Assembly: GCA_051942205.1 (NCBI GenBank)
Contig: JAVECO010000059.1
Location: 1-64,000 of the forward strand
Direction: 5' to 3'
Length of the DNA stretch: 64,000 bases
Source of the DNA: Coniocarpon cinnabarinum
Taxonomy: Eukaryota
Shown: piece after piece, positions 59,350 to 64,000 of the stretch
Layout: each line of letters starts with the position of its first letter
How positions within the stretch are numbered: the first letter of the stretch is position 1
Translations under genes and position numbers: made by a program
Notes under the pieces: model-generated
Told to the model about the DNA's origin: nothing
The model's database searches: none
Seen by the model: the letters and a program-made list of their open reading frames with translations, nothing else

Positions 59350-62300
59350 ATGTCGCTTGCCTACGGATCTACTACGCGCAATGTCAACCTGGGCAAATCC
59401 GAGGCCCAGCTCTCAGAGAACATTCGAAAAGCAACGAGCGTAGACGAAACAGCTCCGAAGCGCAAGCATGTTCGTGCCTGCATCGTCTACACATGGGACC
59501 ACAAGAACTCTGCGTCTTTTTGGTCGGGCATGAAAGTCCAGCCCATCCTTGCGGACGAGGTTCAGACGTTCAAAGCATTACACACGATTCACAAGGTGCT
59601 CCAAGAGGGCCATCCGTCCTCCCTAGTGGAAGCCCAAGCTCATGTGCAGTGGCTGGACAGTTTGGCAAGAGGTTCTATGGGAGGGGAAGGCATCCGGGGT
59701 TATGGTCAATTGATTCGAGAATATGTTCGCTTGCTACTTGCGAAACTGCGATTTCACCAGAACCACCCCGACTTCAATGGAACCTTCGAGTATGAGGAGT
59801 ACATCAGTCTGAGAACAACGAGCGATCCAAACGAGGGTTATGAAACCATTACAGAGCTCATGTCGCTCCAGGATCAGATAGATGGATTCCAGAAACTCAT
59901 CTTTGCACATTTCCGCGGCTCGATGAACAATGAATGCCGCATCTCGGCTCTCGTTCCGCTCGTGGCGGAGAGCTACGGCATCTACAAGTTCATCACGAGC
60001 ATGTTGAGGGCTATGCATACGGCACTGGGTGATGACGAAGCGTTAGAACATTTGAGGAGTCGGTATAACACCCAACACTACCGCTTAGTCCATTTCTATC
60101 ATGAATGCAGTAGTCTTCGATATCTCACAAGCTTGATCACAATCCCACGCCTACCTCAAGACCCTCCAAACATCTTATCAGAAGATGAAGAGAAGCCTGC
60201 GCTGCCCGCACGACCTCGCGACGCATCTCCACCCCGGAAGGCGTCCCCTCAGCCGGACGCTGTGGATCCTGAGCCAATCAATGAGTTTTGGAAAGACCAG
60301 CAAAGACAACAGCAAGATGAGTATGAGGCTGAGCAACGTCGACTGCAACAACAATGGGAAGAAGCGCAGAGATTGCAACAGCAGCAGGCGATGCAAGCAC
60401 AACGCGATTTCGAGGAACAACAACGATTACAAGCCGAGCAGCAACGTATGGCACAGGATCAGCTAATGCGCGACCAGATGGCCGCTCAGACCCAAGGCCG
60501 AATGGCTGATCTTGAGCGGGAGAATTTGAATGCCAGAGCACAGTATGAGCGCGATCAGCTGATGCTTGAGCAATACGACCGTCGAATGAAGGCTCTAGAA
60601 GGTGAGCTGCAGCAGCTCCAAGCCAACTTTGGTCAACAGACGGCGTCAAAGGATGAGCAAATTCGCGCTCTTCAGGAACAAATTAACACTTGGAGAAGTA
60701 AGTATGAGGCACTCGCCAAGCTGTACTCTCAGCTACGGCATGAGCACCTGGAGCTGTTACAAAAGTTCAAAGGTGTGCAGCTCAAGGCTTCATCCGCGCA
60801 AGAGGCTATTGATCAGCGGGAAAAACTACAGCGTGAACTCAAAACCAAGAACCTAGAACTAGCTGATATGATCAGAGAACGCGACCGTGCCCTCCACGAC
60901 AAAGATCGCAGCAGCGGTGGACACAGAGACGAGTTGGAAAAGCTTCAGCGGGAGCTGCGAATGGCCCTGGATCGGGCTGATAACCTTGACCGATCGAAGG
61001 GCTCTGAGCTCTCAGCAATGCTCTCGCGTCACAATCGTGAAATTGCCGACCTTGAAGATGCCCTACGCAATAAGAATCGTCAACTGGACGAGGCATATAT
61101 GAAATATGGTGAGCAAGATTCCGATCTAGAGCGACTGCTGCGTGAGAAGGAAGAAGAGATTGAAGTACTCAAGGCCGGAATGGACGAGACACTGATCCAA
61201 CTGAACGAACTGAAGACTTCGCAAGGAGATACTGACAAAGCGCTTGATGGCGAGATTGACAGCATGCTTCTGGCCAACATCAGGAAATTGAGCGACATAG
61301 TTGACTCGGTGCTCCGAAGCGGCATCCAGCGAGTAGACGATGCTCTTTACGAGCTAGACTCGACAATGATTGCTGGAAACCAAAATGCGTCTGGAGCGTA
61401 TGTTCTGTCGCAGATTGAAAAGGCTTCCGCCTCAGCTATGGAGTTCTCCACATCCTTCAACAACTACATCGCGGATGGACCTGCCAGCACGCACGCTGAG
61501 ATTATACGGACTGTGTCGACTTTCGCCAGCGCTGTTGCGGATGTGCTCTCTAACACGAAGGGACTTACTCGTTTTGCATCAGACGAGAAGAAAGGCGATC
61601 AACTCATAGGCGGTGCTCGGCAGTCTGCTCAGTCGACCCTCAACTTCTTCAGGGCGCTGACATCCTTTCGTTTAGACGGTCTTGACGAAATGCAAAAGAC
61701 GGATGTGGTCATCAACAACAATAATGAGGTTCAAATGAATCTCCAGAAGCTATCCAAGATGGCTGACGCGTTCGCCCCCAAGACACGTATTACTTCTACA
61801 ACTGGAGACCTGGGAGACATGGTGGACCGTGAGATGGCGAATGCCGCGAAGGCAATCGAAGACGCGGCGGCTCGGTTGACCAAGATGCAAAACAAGAACC
61901 GTGACCAATATTCGACCTATGAGCTTCGTATCCATGACTCCATCCTGGCGGCTGCCGTTGCCGTTACAAATGCCATTGCGGAGCTGATCAAAGCCGCCAC
62001 CAAATCACAGGAGGAGATCGTCAACGCGGGCAGGGGAGGCAGTATGTCAAGGTCTGCGTACTATAAAAAGAACAACCGGTGGACGGAAGGCCTTATTTCT
62101 GCCGCCAAAGCTGTCGCCGGGAGCACGAACACGTTAATTGAGATGGCGGACGGAGTTATTAGCTCTCGAAATAGCCCTGAACAGCTAATAGTTGCGTCGA
62201 ACGACGTCTCGGCCTCAACGGCACAGCTGGTAGCGGCTTCCCGTGTGAAGGCTACCTTCATGAGCAAGACACAGGAGCGACTTGAAGAAGCGAGCAAGAG

Positions 62301-62520
62301 AGTTACAGGGGCCTGCCGTAGTCTTGTTCGACAAGTACAGGAGATCATTGCGGAGAAGAGTCAGGGCGAGGAGCAGGTGGACTACAGCAAGCTCAGCGGG
62401 CACGAGTTCAAAGTTCGAGAGATGGAGCAGCAAGTTGAAATTCTGCAATTGGAGAACGCTTTAAGTTCAGCACGTGGGCGGCTTGGAGAGATGCGCAAGC
62501 TCAGCTATCAAGAGGATTGA
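59350..62520 (+). CDS. SLA2: Endocytic adaptor Sla2/End4 (ANTH, coiled coil, I/LWEQ)
   Basis: IRKATSVDETAPKRKHVRACIVYTWDH; YYKKNNRWTEGLISAAKAVA; EMEQQVEILQLE; intronless. Confidence 0.96.
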   Translation: MSLAYGSTTRNVNLGKSEAQLSENIRKATSVDETAPKRKHVRACIVYTWDHKNSASFWSGMKVQPILADEVQTFKALHTIHKVLQEGHPSSLVEAQAHVQWLDSLARGSMGGEGIRGYGQLIREYVRLLLAKLRFHQNHPDFNGTFEYEEYISLRTTSDPNEGYETITELMSLQDQIDGFQKLIFAHFRGSMNNECRISALVPLVAESYGIYKFITSMLRAMHTALGDDEALEHLRSRYNTQHYRLVHFYHECSSLRYLTSLITIPRLPQDPPNILSEDEEKPALPARPRDASPPRKASPQPDAVDPEPINEFWKDQQRQQQDEYEAEQRRLQQQWEEAQRLQQQQAMQAQRDFEEQQRLQAEQQRMAQDQLMRDQMAAQTQGRMADLERENLNARAQYERDQLMLEQYDRRMKALEGELQQLQANFGQQTASKDEQIRALQEQINTWRSKYEALAKLYSQLRHEHLELLQKFKGVQLKASSAQEAIDQREKLQRELKTKNLELADMIRERDRALHDKDRSSGGHRDELEKLQRELRMALDRADNLDRSKGSELSAMLSRHNREIADLEDALRNKNRQLDEAYMKYGEQDSDLERLLREKEEEIEVLKAGMDETLIQLNELKTSQGDTDKALDGEIDSMLLANIRKLSDIVDSVLRSGIQRVDDALYELDSTMIAGNQNASGAYVLSQIEKASASAMEFSTSFNNYIADGPASTHAEIIRTVSTFASAVADVLSNTKGLTRFASDEKKGDQLIGGARQSAQSTLNFFRALTSFRLDGLDEMQKTDVVINNNNEVQMNLQKLSKMADAFAPKTRITSTTGDLGDMVDREMANAAKAIEDAAARLTKMQNKNRDQYSTYELRIHDSILAAAVAVTNAIAELIKAATKSQEEIVNAGRGGSMSRSAYYKKNNRWTEGLISAAKAVAGSTNTLIEMADGVISSRNSPEQLIVASNDVSASTAQLVAASRVKATFMSKTQERLEEASKRVTGACRSLVRQVQEIIAEKSQGEEQVDYSKLSGHEFKVREMEQQVEILQLENALSSARGRLGEMRKLSYQED

Positions 62521-62908
62521 CCTGTACATTACTAGCACTTCTTGCACCCACCCCAAAAAACCCATCCATTTTCCGCAAGAGGAGACTTCGTGACATGGTG
62601 CCCTTGGTCGCTTTGCCGACCACTTTGCATCCACACAATCAAGACTTGTACCGGCGGACGAACCCAACATAAAGTCTCATTATTACGACCCTGCCCAAAT
62701 CGCAGCATCAGAACAACGACCGCGTCGCGAGCTTCCATCTTACGCGACGCACTCTGTTGAAGCTCCTGACTGGTATCAGACAGAAGCTTTAGCAATTAGT
62801 CAGTAACGCCTTGACTTGCTTCAGAGCGCCTCTACCTTCCCTCCGCATGCGCATCCAGACAATGATACAGAAGTTCGCTGCACGGACGATGAGTCTTACC
62901 CTTCGAAG

Positions 62909-64000
62909 ATGGCAGGCTTCACAGCGCTTCTGTTCGCATACGTTCTTGGAGGCTTGACGTTTATCCCCCTGCTGCTGCTAGGGTTCTGGTCCCATGCCTA
63001 CTTCTCACTTCCGGTCGCGCCAGAACCACCGCAAGCGCAGGGCGCACCAGTAGATGATAGTGAGCGCGATCATGCTTTAGAGGAGAAGCTCTCGCAACAT
63101 TTGAATGAGCCAGATGCTGCCTCTGGATATTTTGCAGTATGCCGAGAGTTCGTCCCTGCTGGCGTGAATGGCCGACCGCCAGAGAGAACGACTCCCACTG
63201 GTGAACTGGTCAACACCGACAATCCCAGCGTGTATCAGTCCATGTACAGAAGTATCTTCGACCGCAACAAGGCTCAGCAACCGACATTGGAAGCTGGCAA
63301 GTCTCCAAGAAAAGGTCGTAACCTGTTCTTCGTCGTTATCAGGTTAGCCAAGCTGCTTCTCAACTAGTCTCAGTAATTGCTAACACGGTCTCAGACACAG
63401 TCACTTGGTTTTGTTCGACAATGAGCAGCAGCTGGAAATCCGTCACGTCCTTTCACTCGCTCACCACACGGTTGATGTATATGCTGGTGAGGAGGATCTC
63501 CCCGAGGGCGAGCTCTGGATCAAGCGCAACTGCATTCGGTTAAAGAAGAAGCCAGAGTACTTGACCAGTGATAGCGCCACCGCACCTTTCTATCTCTTCG
63601 CTGATAACAGTTCGAGGAAGGAAGATTTCTATCACTCCCTCTTGCGCCATCAAAGGCAAGACACGCACGCGCATGAAGACATACCTGCGCCGCTTCCTTT
63701 TGAGACTGACGATATGATCAAACTCATCCGACAGCTCCACACTTCAGAAGAGAACACACAGTCACGTTGGCTGAACGCTCTACTCGGCCGACTCTTTCTG
63801 GCGCTCTACAAGACACATGAGGTGGAGAGCCATGTCCGCAACAAGATCAGCAAGAAAATCTCGCGAGTCGCTAAGCCAGCCTTCATCTCGAGCCTGAACC
63901 TGCGTGATGTGCTTCTGGGCGATGCTGCCCCTTCATTCATGAATCCGAAATTACGCGAAATGACAGTGGATGGCGCGCTTACGATCGAGGCTGATGTACG
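62909..64000 (+). CDS. PH- and SMP-domain membrane-contact protein (Nvj2-like), runs off the window; intron 63343-63394
   Basis: N-terminal TM YVLGGLTFIP; PH-like FFVVIR/HSHLVLFD...KEDFY; SMP start WLNALLGRLFL, KKISRVAKP.FI. Confidence 0.82.

Overview
Eukaryotic DNA from a filamentous ascomycete (Pezizomycotina; Dothideomycete-like is my inference), with short GT-AG introns. Bases 1 to about 6500 are an AT-rich block of RIP-degraded repeat DNA. The rest is gene-dense: about 24 genes, several reconstructed by hand across introns, one of them absent from the ORF track. The main feature is a rearranged mating-type region: orphan A(-), APN2(-), COX13(+), palC(-), orphan B(-), a 155-bp RIP-mutated tandem array, MAT1-1-1(-), about 2 kb non-coding, SLU7(+), REV3(-), SLA2(+), and a PH/SMP gene(+). 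No MAT1-2-1 HMG gene is visible, so this looks like the MAT1-1 idiomorph of a heterothallic species. The two intron-containing orphans share a 14-bp upstream motif with an HMG-type core. They also share a forkhead-type GTAAACA with the MAT1-1-1 upstream region. This suggests two undescribed auxiliary MAT genes in a locus that was split or expanded by inversion and captured APN2-COX13-palC. Other points: probable CUG initiation plus uORFs in REV3, a head-to-head pair of TFIID-subunit genes, and a possible intron-retention isoform of a bZIP factor. Gene identities come from recognised motifs; no database search was run.
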